Of a stretch of DNA of 64,000 nucleotides, positions 10,150 through 20,375 are shown in pieces. The notes beneath the pieces were generated by a model. It was given only the letters and a program-made list of their open reading frames with translations, had not been told where the DNA came from and ran no database searches. The first letter of the stretch is position 1; every line of letters starts with the position of its first letter. The stretch comes from Calditrichia bacterium (GTDB taxonomy: Bacteria; Calditrichota; Calditrichia; RBG-13-44-9; J075). The translations under genes and the position numbers were made by a program. The DNA lies in the NCBI GenBank assembly GCA_050633245.1, contig JBOEGD010000009.1, positions 224,001 through 288,000 of the forward strand, in the 5' to 3' direction.

Positions 10150-10773
10150 CTATAGGTTTACCAGTTTTTCTTTGAATGCCTTGGCAACGGCTTCAGACTT
10201 GGAGTGAACCTCGAGCTTGCGATAAATGTTTTTAATATGTCGGCGAACGGTTTCTTCGCTGATATATAAATCGTCCGCAATCATCTTATAGCTCTTGCCC
10301 TTGCAAAGATGCGTCAGCACCTCGGTTTCACGCTGTGTAAGCGAGGTTTGCTGAGTTATCTGAAATGATTTTACAACCATTCGAGCAATCAATGTACTCA
10401 TCGGAGCACCACCGCCGCGGGTCTCTTGAATAGCTTCAAGCAGTTGTGCCGGAGGCGTATCCTTGATCATATAACCGCATGCGCCGGCACAAAGAGCATC
10501 GAAGACCACCTTATCATCGCTCTGAATAGTGAGGACCATTATATCTAAATCGGGCAGTTTTTCTTTTAATGCTTTAATGCCTTCAATTCCAGACATTCCG
10601 GGCAAACCGATATCCATTAACACCACATCGGGTATCTCTTTTGGAATACCTTTTATCGCTTTTTCGCACGTCCCAAAAGCGCTAATACATTTAAAGCCAG
10701 GCGTCCCATTTATAAGTAGAGCAAGACTCTCGCGAATATCCGGATCGTCTTCAACTATGGAAACTTCTATCAT
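10150..10773 (-). CDS. NarL/LuxR-family response regulator
   Basis: VEDD, LMDIGLPG, GACGYMIK, LTQRETEVL...IYRKLEVHS. Confidence 0.95.
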   Translation of the reverse strand: MIEVSIVEDDPDIRESLALLINGTPGFKCISAFGTCEKAIKGIPKEIPDVVLMDIGLPGMSGIEGIKALKEKLPDLDIMVLTIQSDDKVVFDALCAGACGYMIKDTPPAQLLEAIQETRGGGAPMSTLIARMVVKSFQITQQTSLTQRETEVLTHLCKGKSYKMIADDLYISEETVRRHIKNIYRKLEVHSKSEAVAKAFKEKLVNL

Positions 10774-10820
10774 TTTTTATCCCTTCAAATTGTGGATTCC
10801 GTTCCGCATATCATTTAAAC

Positions 10821-10873
10821 ATACACTAATGTGGTATGGAAAACCAGCAAAATCAATTACCTGTTTGGGGCAT
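10821..10873 (-). promoter_or_regulatory. Pair of putative NarL-type operators upstream of the response regulator
   Basis: ATACCACATTAGTGTAT (10821-10837) and ATGCCCCAAACAGGTAA (10857-10873), 36 bp apart. Confidence 0.4.
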
Positions 10874-13800
10874 TTTTCCACGAAACTTAAGGATTGTACC
10901 GTTTCCGGAGCTGGCAACAATTATTTCCCCGCCCAACTTTGAAGCACGAATTCGCATATTGCGCATACCGTTACCACCAGAGCTCTCCAGAGCGAAATCA
11001 GACTCGGTTCCATTGGGTTGGGCAAGCATATCCTTCGGCAGTCCCTGGCCATCGTCAGTCAATACAACCTCAATCAAACTGTCTTTCAACTCAAGATTCA
11101 GCGTCACATTACTACATTTTCCATGCTTTAAGGCATTATTCATAGCTTCCTTAAAGATTAACACCAAATGCCTCCGCCAGTCGGTAGTCAGATGAGCTTG
11201 CTCCATCTCTTCCGTCATACCGGCAACGCGAAATGCCACACCAGTTTTGTCGAACAACTCATCACCAAAGTCTTTTAACCGCACACCCACTTCATGGAGC
11301 GAATCCTTGTCGGGGTCGAGAGTCCAGATAAAGTCGCGCATGCCACCGCTAAGGCCTTTGGTATTTTCGCTGATTCGCGTTAAATAATCCTTTACCTCCG
11401 GCGTGACGGATGGATTTCGCTGCACGATTTCACTAAATAAATTGATCTTTGTCAGCTTATGCCCCAGCTCATCATGAAAATCGTGTGCAGCTTTGGCGCG
11501 CACTCGTTCATTCTCCTGCATTCGCACCTGCTCAAGGCGCAACTTCCTTCTCACACGAATTTTGTAGTAAGCCACGGCAAGCCCCAAAAGTAGCAGAGCA
11601 GAAAGTATTCTAAACCAGGTAGTTTGCCACCACGGAGGAGAAACAACGATTCGCAGCTGAAAACCATCACGATTCCAAACACCATCATTATTCGACGCGA
11701 GTACCTTGAGGTGAAACTCACCGGGCTTTAGTCCCGGATAAGATGTAACGCGTCCCGTTAGTTCACTAAGCGTATCGCCGCTGCTATTGGTAAGGATTTG
11801 CAGATAGCTGTTTTTAGCAGGGTTCACATAATCTAACGCCGCGAAAGCAAAGTAAAGCGCATTCTCATCATAGTTGAGGTAGAGAGGTTCTTTCTTCGTT
11901 TCTGCTTCATGTAGCCGATGTTTTGCAGGGAGATTATTAATCTTAAAATCTGCCACAACAATAGGTGGAATATGTTCATTATCTTTCACACTATCCGGGA
12001 AAAAGGCGTTAAATCCATTTATTCCGCCAAAGAACATTTCACCGGATGGGGCTCGAAATGCCGCGCCGGCGCTAAACTCATTGCTCTGTAAGCCATCACT
12101 AACGTCATAATTGCGCACGCTCCCCGAATGCGGATTAAAGCGCGATATTCCTTCGTTGGTACTCAACCAGAGGTTGCCAAAATCATCTTCGAGGATGGCA
12201 CGGATACTGTTATTTGCTAACCCGTCTTCTTCGGTAATGAAGTGAAACTTCTCCTGTTCGCGATCGAAGCGATTTAATCCACCGCTATATGTGCCGAACC
12301 AAACATTTCCGGCGACATCATGCTGAATTGCCCAGATTGCCGCGTTGTTCAAGCTGTTTGGGTCATCAAAGTTTTGTGTATAATTTTTAAACCACTCACT
12401 TTTGCGATCGAAGCTGTTCAAGCCGCCAGACTGTGTGCCTATCCACAGCGTTCGGCCATTGCTAAACAGGTCTTCAGAAATAGCACGTACTTCATTATTG
12501 CTGAGCGTTCCGGCATTATCAGGCTCTACCGTATAGCGTTTAAAGGTCTCGCGAAAACCATCGAGCTGATTTAAGCCGCGATTGGTTCCAATCCAGATCT
12601 GTCCGTACTGATCCTCATAAATAGTATTAATATCGTCGCTTGAAAGCGAGTTGCTATTTTCAGGATCATAGCGATACCCTTTAAACGTGCCCGAAGCGCG
12701 ATCCATGCGATAAAGGCCGGCACCAAGCGTGCCAACCCAGAGGCTGCCTGACTGATCTTCCAACAAGCACGTTACAGCGTCACCACCCAATGCAGTGGGA
12801 TTGTCAGAATCTGCCCGAAAATAGGTATAGAGAAATTTCGACGGATGCGCGGGATTTACCTCAAGCAGATTTAACCCTCCACCCAACGTCCCGACCCAAA
12901 GACGCTTTGCAGCGTCCTGAAGAATTGACGTTACAACAGGATGGCTAAGCCCACTCCCCTCTTCACCCGCGCCAAAATATTTAAATTTTGAAGCCGCGAT
13001 ATTTACCTTATTCAAACCACCGCGCTTGGTGCCAATCCACAGTTGTCCGGATCGATCTTCAAACATTGAAGTAATTTCATTGTCAGAGAGGCTGCGGTCA
13101 TTGTTTGGCTGATTCTCGTAGCTTTTAAAACGGGGGCGAGCAAAGGGTGTACCATATATTGGATGAGAGAGCGTGAGCTCATTTAGTCCGTTCTGCTCTG
13201 TTCCAACCCACAGTTTTCCCTGGCGATCGAAGTGCATCATGTTGGCATCCGGGCCGCTTAGCCCCTGCGCCAACCGATCGGTATTTTCCGAATAGTTGTA
13301 TTGTTGAACGTGTCGGCTTCGGCGATTAAAACGTGTGATAGATCCGTTTTCCATAAGCAGCCATAGATCATAAGAAGCTGGCGATGGATCTGCATAGATC
13401 TCACGAATGTACCCGTCAATCAAGATGTTCAGTCCGCTATTACTCTTCGAAAACACTTCAAACGAGTCTGATCCATCCTCCAGGTATTTGGCAAGACCAC
13501 GCGTTGTTGCAATCCAGATTCCCCCGCTATAGTCTTCATGGATATCGGTAATCCAGCCCGGTGGGAGCATACCCCGCGAATCCCTGCGAGTAATCAGCTC
13601 CTCGATATATGCCTTATCACCTGCACTTATTGGAAGCAGCTGAATTCCCCAGAGTAAAGGGTCATCTGGCGGAACATCTTCCCATGCTCCAAAAGAGTGT
13701 TTGCCATTCGAAATATAACCGAGTTGATAGTCTCCCGGTGCCAGCTCCAGCAAGTCCAGTTGAAGCCGATTCATACGGCTTCCACCAGCGTGCGTACTCT

Positions 13801-14722
13801 TACTGCGATCCATGCTCCAAACACGTTTATCCTCTGCATCGCGAATAAAACCATAATCGCGCATAACAAAAGCGGCACCATCCCCCATTGCGATTACCAG
13901 TACACTGGTTTTTTCCTTTATCGTAAAAGGGATGCGTTCTTCCGCATTATTTCCGGGGTGAAGGCGCGTAGCAATGGGCGAATTTGAGCCAAGCAGCTCT
14001 TTTACACGATTTGTCAGCTGCGGGACATACAATTCCTTAGACGCACCGAAACGTCGGAAATCCAGCGACAGTGTATCCGCTTCCGATAAATTGTCTCGCA
14101 GTTCGGCCATACTAAGTCCATTACCAGAAGTACCAACCCAAAGTCGGTTATTGCGATCCTGATAGATGGTGCTAATTAGATCACTCCCAAGGCCGTCTTC
14201 ACTTCCACGATAGCGTTGAAAAACCTTTCGATCGCGAATAAACCGATTAAGGCCGCCTCCTTTGGTACCGATCCACAGACGTCGCTGGCGATCTTCATAA
14301 ATACAGGTGACATCATTATCACTAAGACTCTCGTCATTCAGTGCGTTTTTGCGAAAGTGTCTGAAAAGCTGAGTATCAGGGTTATAACAATTTATGCCGC
14401 CACCGCTGGTGCCTACCCAGAGTTTACCATAACTGTCTTCAAAGATTGAATTGATATAGTTTCCTGAAATAGAGCTGGTATCGCGTGGATTGTAGCGAAA
14501 AGAGATAAAGCTATAACCATCATAACATACCAGGCCGTCGGAAGTACCGAACCACATGTAGCCCTGGCGATCCTGATGAATTGCGGTAATATGATTTTGT
14601 GAAAGACCCTTTTCATAATCAATGCGTTCGAACTTACGCTGTTCGTTCGCATTCAGCGTAGCACCGGGCAAACCGGGCAAAAGCTGAAGGATTAAAGCAA
14701 AGTATAGTATGCGCAGCGCCAT
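10853..14722 (-). CDS. Sensor histidine kinase: beta-propeller repeats with ~150-aa inserted domain + Y_Y_Y + TM + HisKA_3 + HATPase
   Basis: Signal peptide; propeller blades; H-box HDFHDELG; EAMNNALKH, DDGQG, GNGM. Confidence 0.93.
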   Translation of the reverse strand: MALRILYFALILQLLPGLPGATLNANEQRKFERIDYEKGLSQNHITAIHQDRQGYMWFGTSDGLVCYDGYSFISFRYNPRDTSSISGNYINSIFEDSYGKLWVGTSGGGINCYNPDTQLFRHFRKNALNDESLSDNDVTCIYEDRQRRLWIGTKGGGLNRFIRDRKVFQRYRGSEDGLGSDLISTIYQDRNNRLWVGTSGNGLSMAELRDNLSEADTLSLDFRRFGASKELYVPQLTNRVKELLGSNSPIATRLHPGNNAEERIPFTIKEKTSVLVIAMGDGAAFVMRDYGFIRDAEDKRVWSMDRSKSTHAGGSRMNRLQLDLLELAPGDYQLGYISNGKHSFGAWEDVPPDDPLLWGIQLLPISAGDKAYIEELITRRDSRGMLPPGWITDIHEDYSGGIWIATTRGLAKYLEDGSDSFEVFSKSNSGLNILIDGYIREIYADPSPASYDLWLLMENGSITRFNRRSRHVQQYNYSENTDRLAQGLSGPDANMMHFDRQGKLWVGTEQNGLNELTLSHPIYGTPFARPRFKSYENQPNNDRSLSDNEITSMFEDRSGQLWIGTKRGGLNKVNIAASKFKYFGAGEEGSGLSHPVVTSILQDAAKRLWVGTLGGGLNLLEVNPAHPSKFLYTYFRADSDNPTALGGDAVTCLLEDQSGSLWVGTLGAGLYRMDRASGTFKGYRYDPENSNSLSSDDINTIYEDQYGQIWIGTNRGLNQLDGFRETFKRYTVEPDNAGTLSNNEVRAISEDLFSNGRTLWIGTQSGGLNSFDRKSEWFKNYTQNFDDPNSLNNAAIWAIQHDVAGNVWFGTYSGGLNRFDREQEKFHFITEEDGLANNSIRAILEDDFGNLWLSTNEGISRFNPHSGSVRNYDVSDGLQSNEFSAGAAFRAPSGEMFFGGINGFNAFFPDSVKDNEHIPPIVVADFKINNLPAKHRLHEAETKKEPLYLNYDENALYFAFAALDYVNPAKNSYLQILTNSSGDTLSELTGRVTSYPGLKPGEFHLKVLASNNDGVWNRDGFQLRIVVSPPWWQTTWFRILSALLLLGLAVAYYKIRVRRKLRLEQVRMQENERVRAKAAHDFHDELGHKLTKINLFSEIVQRNPSVTPEVKDYLTRISENTKGLSGGMRDFIWTLDPDKDSLHEVGVRLKDFGDELFDKTGVAFRVAGMTEEMEQAHLTTDWRRHLVLIFKEAMNNALKHGKCSNVTLNLELKDSLIEVVLTDDGQGLPKDMLAQPNGTESDFALESSGGNGMRNMRIRASKLGGEIIVASSGNGTILKFRGKMPQTGN

Positions 14723-14828
14723 ATCGATTGTCTATTTTAGGATAAGTCGAATATCTGAATATACCACGGGTTATGAACCGGGCAAAGGTCATTTATTGTA
14801 GACAAATATGGCGGGAAAGTTCCTGAAA

Positions 14829-15410
14829 CTAGATTGAAGAGCCGACAGTTCCGTTGGCAGAGACCGATTTATAGTTTTCGAGATATTGAAACACCTCATC
14901 GACGGTCTTGGCAAAGAAGTAGAGTTGTCGAACATCCTGCTTGGCAAAACGCTCTTGAAAGAGGTACTCGAAAAAGGCAATCAGCGGCTCGAAGAAGAAG
15001 TTGGTATTTAAAAAGACAATCGGTTTGTTATGATAACCCAGGCTTTTCAACGTAATAATTTCGATGACCTCATCCATTGTGCCGAAACCACCCGGCAGGG
15101 TAACAAATGCGTCTGAATGTACTTCCATCTGTGCTTTGCGATCACGCATGTGGCGCGTAACAATTAATTCATCAGCATCCTGAAAAACCATTCCGGAACG
15201 ATTCAGCCTTTCTGGAACTACACCGACGATCTTGCCGCCTCCTTTGTGAACCGCCGATGCGACAGCTCCCATAAGACCCACTTCACCCGCGCCATAGACA
15301 AGCGAATACCCGCGGCGGGCAATTTCATTCCCCATCCGGACAGCCGCCTCAAAATATTTCATATCGATGCTGTTGCTTGCTGAACAGTATACGCAGATAG
15401 ATTTCAACAT
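14829..15410 (-). CDS. LOG family (TIGR00730) nucleotide monophosphate nucleosidase/phosphoribohydrolase
   Basis: ICVYCSAS, LVYGAGEVGLMG, RK, PGGFGTMDE motif. Confidence 0.92.
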   Translation of the reverse strand: MLKSICVYCSASNSIDMKYFEAAVRMGNEIARRGYSLVYGAGEVGLMGAVASAVHKGGGKIVGVVPERLNRSGMVFQDADELIVTRHMRDRKAQMEVHSDAFVTLPGGFGTMDEVIEIITLKSLGYHNKPIVFLNTNFFFEPLIAFFEYLFQERFAKQDVRQLYFFAKTVDEVFQYLENYKSVSANGTVGSSI

Positions 15411-15581
15411 CCGGACACTTCCCGGGTTAATGATCATCGTTGGGCATTAATGCAGCCAGGGCTGGATCAACACGATTTCTGGCTCAATATCGCGCAAAAT
15501 GGTGATTTAAACTTGATTGACGTTACAAACCCTCATTCCGAATTTGTGGCGATTTCACCTTCGCAAAAACAAAAGCAGCAC

Positions 15582-17798
15582 TTAGTCCATAATCCGATGG
15601 ATGTGATTGAAGTAAATATCATCAATATCATGTATCGGACAATTTACCAGCGAGTTGATGGATAATGTATCTCCACCGACAGTTCCCAGCTTTGTCAGGG
15701 TGAGATCGGCAAAATGCTTTTCCACCCTGGCACAGTCCGCAGCAGCAACAGAAATCAGGAAACGCGATTGCGTTTCGCTGAACAAAAACCACTCCGGACG
15801 CAGACCAGCGAAATCGAGCGTGACGCTGGCGCCATGTTGATTCTGGCGGTTGCTGATACAGCTCTCCGCAAGAGCAACTGCAAGACCACCATCGGCAAGG
15901 TCATGACAAGATTGGATCATGCCATTGCGGATAGCCCTCAGCATTACCTGTTGCGTGCGATGTTCCAGCTCGAGATTTAGTGATGGACAATCGCCGGTTA
16001 TCTGATCGTAATATGTTTTCAGAAATTCGCTCCCGCCAATTTCTGACTTCGTTTCACCAAGAAGATAAATGGCGTCGCCGTTATTGCGAAAATAGGCTGG
16101 CGTCATATAGGAAACATCGTCGATAAGTCCGACCATGCCGATGGTTGGCGTAGGATAAACCGCACTGTCCGGACTTTCATTATAAAGACTCACGTTACCC
16201 CCGGTTACCGGCGTATTGAACGCACGACAAGCATCGCCCATGCCACCAACTGCTTCGCGGAACAAATAAAACATATCCGGTTTATGAGGATTACCGAAGT
16301 TCAGGCAATTTGTGATAGCCAGAGGCTCTGCGCCTGTTGCCACCACATTCCGTGCGGCCTCGGCTACGGCAATTTGTCCGCCCGTTCGCGGATTCAGATA
16401 CACATAGCGTCCATTACCATCCACCTTTGCGGCGAGCGCCTTATTGGTATTTTTCAGCCGGATGACTGCGGCATCTCCACCGGGATGAATTGCGGTATTG
16501 GTGCGCACCATGGTATCGTATTGTTCGTAGACCCAACGTCGCGAAACGATATTGGGTGAATTCAACACCGATTTCAAAGCGGCATTGTGGTCACTAACCG
16601 GCTCAAGACTATTAATATCGAAAGCCTGAACTTTGTCTAAATAATCTGGTCTTTTGTGCTCGCGATAATACACCGGAGCACCACCACCCAGAACGCAATC
16701 GTATGGCGGCACGTCTGCAACCTGCTTGCCTTTATGATAGATTTTCAACCGCGGATCATCGGTTACATGTCCGATTTCAGCACAGAGCAGATCCCATTTA
16801 TCGCAAATCGCTTTGGCCTCTTCCTCTCTGCCCGGCTTCAATACTGCAAGCATGCGTTCCTGCGATTCCGACAGCAGAATTTCGTAAGCCGTCATACCGG
16901 TTTCACGCGTGGGTACCTTGTCTAAGTCAATTAACATACCGCAGTTACCCTTGGCACTCATTTCCGTAGTAGAACAGGTAATTCCGGCAGCTCCCATATC
17001 CTGAATCCCAACGAGCACGCCAGCCTGAATCATTTCAAGTGTCGCTTCCAGCAGCAGCTTCTCGGCGAATGGATCACCGACCTGCACATTTGGGCGTTTG
17101 TCTTCAGAGTCTTCGGAAAGTTCTTCCGAAGCGAATGTCGCCCCATGAATTCCATCGCGACCGGTACGCGAACCGATGATCAGCACGGTATTTCCATCGC
17201 CTTCCGCAAGAGCAGAAGCGGTTTGATCGTGTTGTACGATTCCGACAGTCATTGCATTGACCAGTGGGTTAGTATCGTAACAGGGCTCGAAGTAGATTTC
17301 ACCGGCAACGGTGGGAATGCCAAGACAGTTGCCATAGTCGGCAATTCCACGAACCACGCCATCAAACAAAAAGCGATTACGCGGCTTATCAAGAGTTCCA
17401 AAACGCAGTGAGTTAAGCGCAGCGATAGGTCTTGCGCCCATCGTAAAAATATCGCGCATAATTCCGCCAACGCCGGTTGCAGCGCCCTGATAGGGTTCTA
17501 CGGCAGACGGGTGATTATGGCTTTCAATTTTGAAGCACACGGCCATTCCGTCACCAATATCTACCAAGCCGGCATTTTCTTCTCCGGCACCAACCAGCAG
17601 ACGACCACCATCGCGAGGTAGTTTTTTTAATTCGGCAATCGAATTCTTATATGAGCAGTGCTCACTCCACATTACAGAAAAAATGCCCAGCTCGGTAAGA
17701 TTCGGCATCCGACCGAGTATCTGCTGAATTTTTTCAAACTCTTCTTCATTGAGGCCATGTTCGATGGCAAGCTCGAGGGTAATTTGCGGTTCACGCAT
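15582..17798 (-). CDS. purL: Phosphoribosylformylglycinamidine synthase subunit PurL (small type)
   Basis: [53 protein letters not shown]. Confidence 0.97.
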   Translation of the reverse strand: MREPQITLELAIEHGLNEEEFEKIQQILGRMPNLTELGIFSVMWSEHCSYKNSIAELKKLPRDGGRLLVGAGEENAGLVDIGDGMAVCFKIESHNHPSAVEPYQGAATGVGGIMRDIFTMGARPIAALNSLRFGTLDKPRNRFLFDGVVRGIADYGNCLGIPTVAGEIYFEPCYDTNPLVNAMTVGIVQHDQTASALAEGDGNTVLIIGSRTGRDGIHGATFASEELSEDSEDKRPNVQVGDPFAEKLLLEATLEMIQAGVLVGIQDMGAAGITCSTTEMSAKGNCGMLIDLDKVPTRETGMTAYEILLSESQERMLAVLKPGREEEAKAICDKWDLLCAEIGHVTDDPRLKIYHKGKQVADVPPYDCVLGGGAPVYYREHKRPDYLDKVQAFDINSLEPVSDHNAALKSVLNSPNIVSRRWVYEQYDTMVRTNTAIHPGGDAAVIRLKNTNKALAAKVDGNGRYVYLNPRTGGQIAVAEAARNVVATGAEPLAITNCLNFGNPHKPDMFYLFREAVGGMGDACRAFNTPVTGGNVSLYNESPDSAVYPTPTIGMVGLIDDVSYMTPAYFRNNGDAIYLLGETKSEIGGSEFLKTYYDQITGDCPSLNLELEHRTQQVMLRAIRNGMIQSCHDLADGGLAVALAESCISNRQNQHGASVTLDFAGLRPEWFLFSETQSRFLISVAAADCARVEKHFADLTLTKLGTVGGDTLSINSLVNCPIHDIDDIYFNHIHRIMD

Positions 17799-17923
17799 TG
17801 GAAAAGACTCCGGGTTGGATAACAAAAACAATCTTTTTGGGCTGTAATTTAACAGCGCCTAATGATAAGCAAAAAACGAATGTCTTGCAATTGGAAGTAT
17901 AGACAATTTGTTGCCGGGGAAGG

Positions 17924-17962
17924 AAAAGAATAAGGCCGCTATCCCGTTGGAATAACGGCCTT
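17924..17962 (-). terminator. Intrinsic terminator after the symporter gene
   Basis: Minus strand AAGGCCGTTATTCC-AAC-GGGATAGCGGCCTT-ATTCTTTT (stem with G-U pairs). Confidence 0.65.
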
Positions 17963-17990
17963 GAAAGAAATGGCTGCCAAAGAAGTGATA

Positions 17991-19556
17991 TTAAACCTCT
18001 TTGATACGATCCTTCGTGATTTTTGCAACTATTCCACCAAGGAAAAGCAGTCCGATCAGGTTGGGTGCTGCCATCAGCGCATTACCGATATTCCCCAAAT
18101 GCCAAACAATATTCAGGTAGTCAGCGCTTTTGCCGGCCAGCGGAGTTAAAATTGCACCAAAAAAGAGGAATAGAATAAACACATACCGAAAAGGCATAAT
18201 AACACGATCGCCACCGAGGTATTCGATACACTTTTCGCCGTAATAAGACCAACCAAGCAGCGTTGTGTAGCCAAAGAGGAAGGATGCGAAGGCAATAATT
18301 GCGCCTCCAAAGGGAATCACCTCTGCAAAAGCGGTTTGCGTTACTTCGATTCCGGTAATACTACCTTGGCCGGTTCCTGTCCAGGCCTTGGTATAGGTAT
18401 AAGCACCGGTTAGAACAATCGTTAGGGTTGTCATGGTGTTTACCAGAATGGTATCGATAAATACACCTGTCATTGCAATAAGACCATTGCGAGTAGGCTC
18501 TTCCGAATTAGAAGCTCCCTGTGCAATAGCCGCGGTTCCGAGACCAGCCTCATTAGACAAAAGTCCCCGGCTAACCCCGTTTTGTATCGCCATCCCAACA
18601 GTTGCTCCGGCAAGGGGCTGTAATCCAAATGCCGAACTGAAAATTATTCCAAATGCCTCCGGAACACGACTAATATTTGCAATAATGACTATAAGTGCAC
18701 AGCCGATGTAGAAAAAAATCATGGTGGGCACCAGTCTTTCGGATACCTTACCAATTTTTTTGATTCCGCCGATAATAACCATCCCTACCAGAACCGCAAT
18801 GGCCGCTCCTATAAGAAGATAGTAATAAACCGGTGCTTGTTCGCCGGCTCCGCCACCATGTAGCGTGTTAGCCAACGATTCGGTCATAGAGTTGGACTGT
18901 GCCATATTTCCGGTACCGATAAGGCAGGCAATCACCCCACAAATGGCAAAGGCAGCTCCGAGAAAGCTGCCGAGTTTTTTATTTTTCAGACCGTTTTTCA
19001 CATAGTACATGGGTCCACCGGCCATTGAACCGTTTGGTGCAATTTCCCGATAGTGGACTCCCAGAAACCCTTCTGCATATTTAGTAGCCATACCAAAGAT
19101 TCCGGCAATCCACATATAGACCGGAGCACCGGGTCCGCCGATCGCAATTGCTGTTGCGACTCCGGCAATATTACCATTTCCGACAGTCGCAGCCAGAGCT
19201 GTCATCAGCGCGGCAAAAGGAGAAATATCGCCCTTGCCTCCTCCTTCACGCGACTCTTTATCAAAAATCAATTTAAGGGATTTTGTGAAATAACTAAACT
19301 GGATACCGCGCAGAACAAACGTCAATAAGATACCGGTTCCAATAAGCAGGAAAATCATTGGAAGCCCCCAGAACAAACTGTCCAGTTCACCCGTTACACG
19401 TAGAACCGTATCAAAAAAGGTGCCTTCACCATCCGGGTTGAATGCCAGAGCGCCCATGCCTTCACTAGTCGCAGCCTGAATTGAACCGAATGGTACCGTC
19501 GCTAAGATTGACAACTGAACAAGAAAAAGCGTCAAACATTTGTTAAGAAGGTGCAT
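17991..19556 (-). CDS. Alanine/glycine:cation symporter (AGCS family)
   Basis: ATVGNGNIAGVATAI, GGPGA, GGPMYY, RGLLSNEAGLG; many TM helices; extra N-terminal signal-like extension. Confidence 0.95.
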   Translation of the reverse strand: MHLLNKCLTLFLVQLSILATVPFGSIQAATSEGMGALAFNPDGEGTFFDTVLRVTGELDSLFWGLPMIFLLIGTGILLTFVLRGIQFSYFTKSLKLIFDKESREGGGKGDISPFAALMTALAATVGNGNIAGVATAIAIGGPGAPVYMWIAGIFGMATKYAEGFLGVHYREIAPNGSMAGGPMYYVKNGLKNKKLGSFLGAAFAICGVIACLIGTGNMAQSNSMTESLANTLHGGGAGEQAPVYYYLLIGAAIAVLVGMVIIGGIKKIGKVSERLVPTMIFFYIGCALIVIIANISRVPEAFGIIFSSAFGLQPLAGATVGMAIQNGVSRGLLSNEAGLGTAAIAQGASNSEEPTRNGLIAMTGVFIDTILVNTMTTLTIVLTGAYTYTKAWTGTGQGSITGIEVTQTAFAEVIPFGGAIIAFASFLFGYTTLLGWSYYGEKCIEYLGGDRVIMPFRYVFILFLFFGAILTPLAGKSADYLNIVWHLGNIGNALMAAPNLIGLLFLGGIVAKITKDRIKEV

Positions 19557-19620
19557 ATGAAATCCTTTGCTTTTTAGTTATGGTGAGCAAATATAGTGAA
19601 AGGCATAAGATTATCAAAGA

Positions 19621-19853
19621 GTAGATCGCTCACCGCTTTGCGGATCGCTGGTAGGTCATCTCGCGAAGCTCGATTCGTAGGGGGTGGGACGCTCACCGCT
19701 TTGCGGATCGCTGGTAGGTCATCTCGCGAAGCTCGACTGGTAGGAGGTAACATTTTTTACTACCAGCGAACGCAGTGAGCAACCTACTAATTACCAGCAA
19801 ACGCAGTGAGCGTCCTATCCCCTACCAGCGAACGCAGTGAGCGTCCTACTCAC
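19621..19853. repeat. Composite palindromic repeat element (2 x 47 bp + 3 x 31 bp, in opposite orientation)
   Basis: Exact 47-mer at 19627 and 19690; 31-bp tandem units TACCAGC(G/A)AACGCAGTGAGC at 19761, 19792 and 19823, reverse-complementary to the GCTCAC...TCGCTGGTA core of the 47-mer. Confidence 0.85.
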
Positions 19854-19860
19854 TATTAAC

Positions 19861-19889
19861 TTGTTTTCATAAGAATTTTAGTCTAATTT
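19861..19889 (+). promoter_or_regulatory. Possible sigma70 promoter of ssrA
   Basis: TTGTTT-17 bp-TAATTT, about 50 bp upstream of the mature tmRNA 5' end. Confidence 0.35.
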
Positions 19890-19940
19890 TGAACTCTATG
19901 AGACAGCACGTCGTATATATAAGTGCCAGATCTTTGACAT

Positions 19941-20305
19941 GGGGACGAAACGGCTTCGACGGTTTGTGAAGAAGGGTGAAGCTGCATGCCGGGATTTCTC
20001 GATAGCCCGCAATTAGCGAGAAACGGTTATAATTGCCGATAATAATTATGCAATGGCTGCCTAGTTTTAACTAACTAGCAGTGGCCCGTCTACCAGATCC
20101 AGTACCTGTAATGGTGAAGGATAGACGCCGATATGAACAGGTCGGTCTGTCAAGTTGTTCGGGCGCGGCAGGACGTAACATCCGAAATCGCCGCAGGTAG
20201 GCTCGCCGAACTGCCTATCCGCGGTTAAACCCAAGCGTTTGGCTAAGCATGTAGAGGTTTTATCAATCTCCTTATCGGACCCGGGTTCGACTCCCGGCGT
20301 CTCCA
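19941..20305 (+). ncRNA. ssrA: tmRNA (transfer-messenger RNA); tag (A)ADNNYAMAA at 20035-20064
   Basis: 5' GGGGACG...TTCGAC; 3' CCGGGTTCGACTCCCGG-CGTCTCC-A T-arm and acceptor stem with G3-U70; ATAATT-GCC resume context; tag ends in AA-stop. Confidence 0.97.
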
Positions 20306-20310
20306 CAATT

Positions 20311-20347
20311 AAAGGCCCCCGTTCCAGATGGAACGGGGGCCTTTTTT
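20311..20347. terminator. Bidirectional intrinsic terminator between ssrA and the convergent CDS
   Basis: AAAGGCCCCCGTTCC-AGAT-GGAACGGGGGCCTTTTTT, 15-bp stem. Confidence 0.9.
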
Positions 20348-20375
20348 AATACATCAGAATTAAAATTTCAGGAGC

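Noticed and set aside
15450-15665. 71-aa plus-strand ORF and the other short antisense ORFs in the track
   Set aside because: They overlap well-supported genes on the opposite strand and have no recognisable motifs
19557-19620. Glycine riboswitch upstream of the AGCS symporter
   Set aside because: No recognisable aptamer consensus; the leader is short and bounded by the repeat element
19596-19778. 60-aa ORF with an internal repeat
   Set aside because: Simply a translation of the 63-bp DNA repeat; no RBS
19621-19853. Possible CRISPR array
   Set aside because: Intervening segments are only 11-16 bp and similar to each other, the two unit types are inverted relative to one another, and no cas genes are present
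20067-20306. 79-aa minus-strand ORF
   Set aside because: Antisense to tmRNA (METPGVEPGS is the typical shadow of the T-arm)
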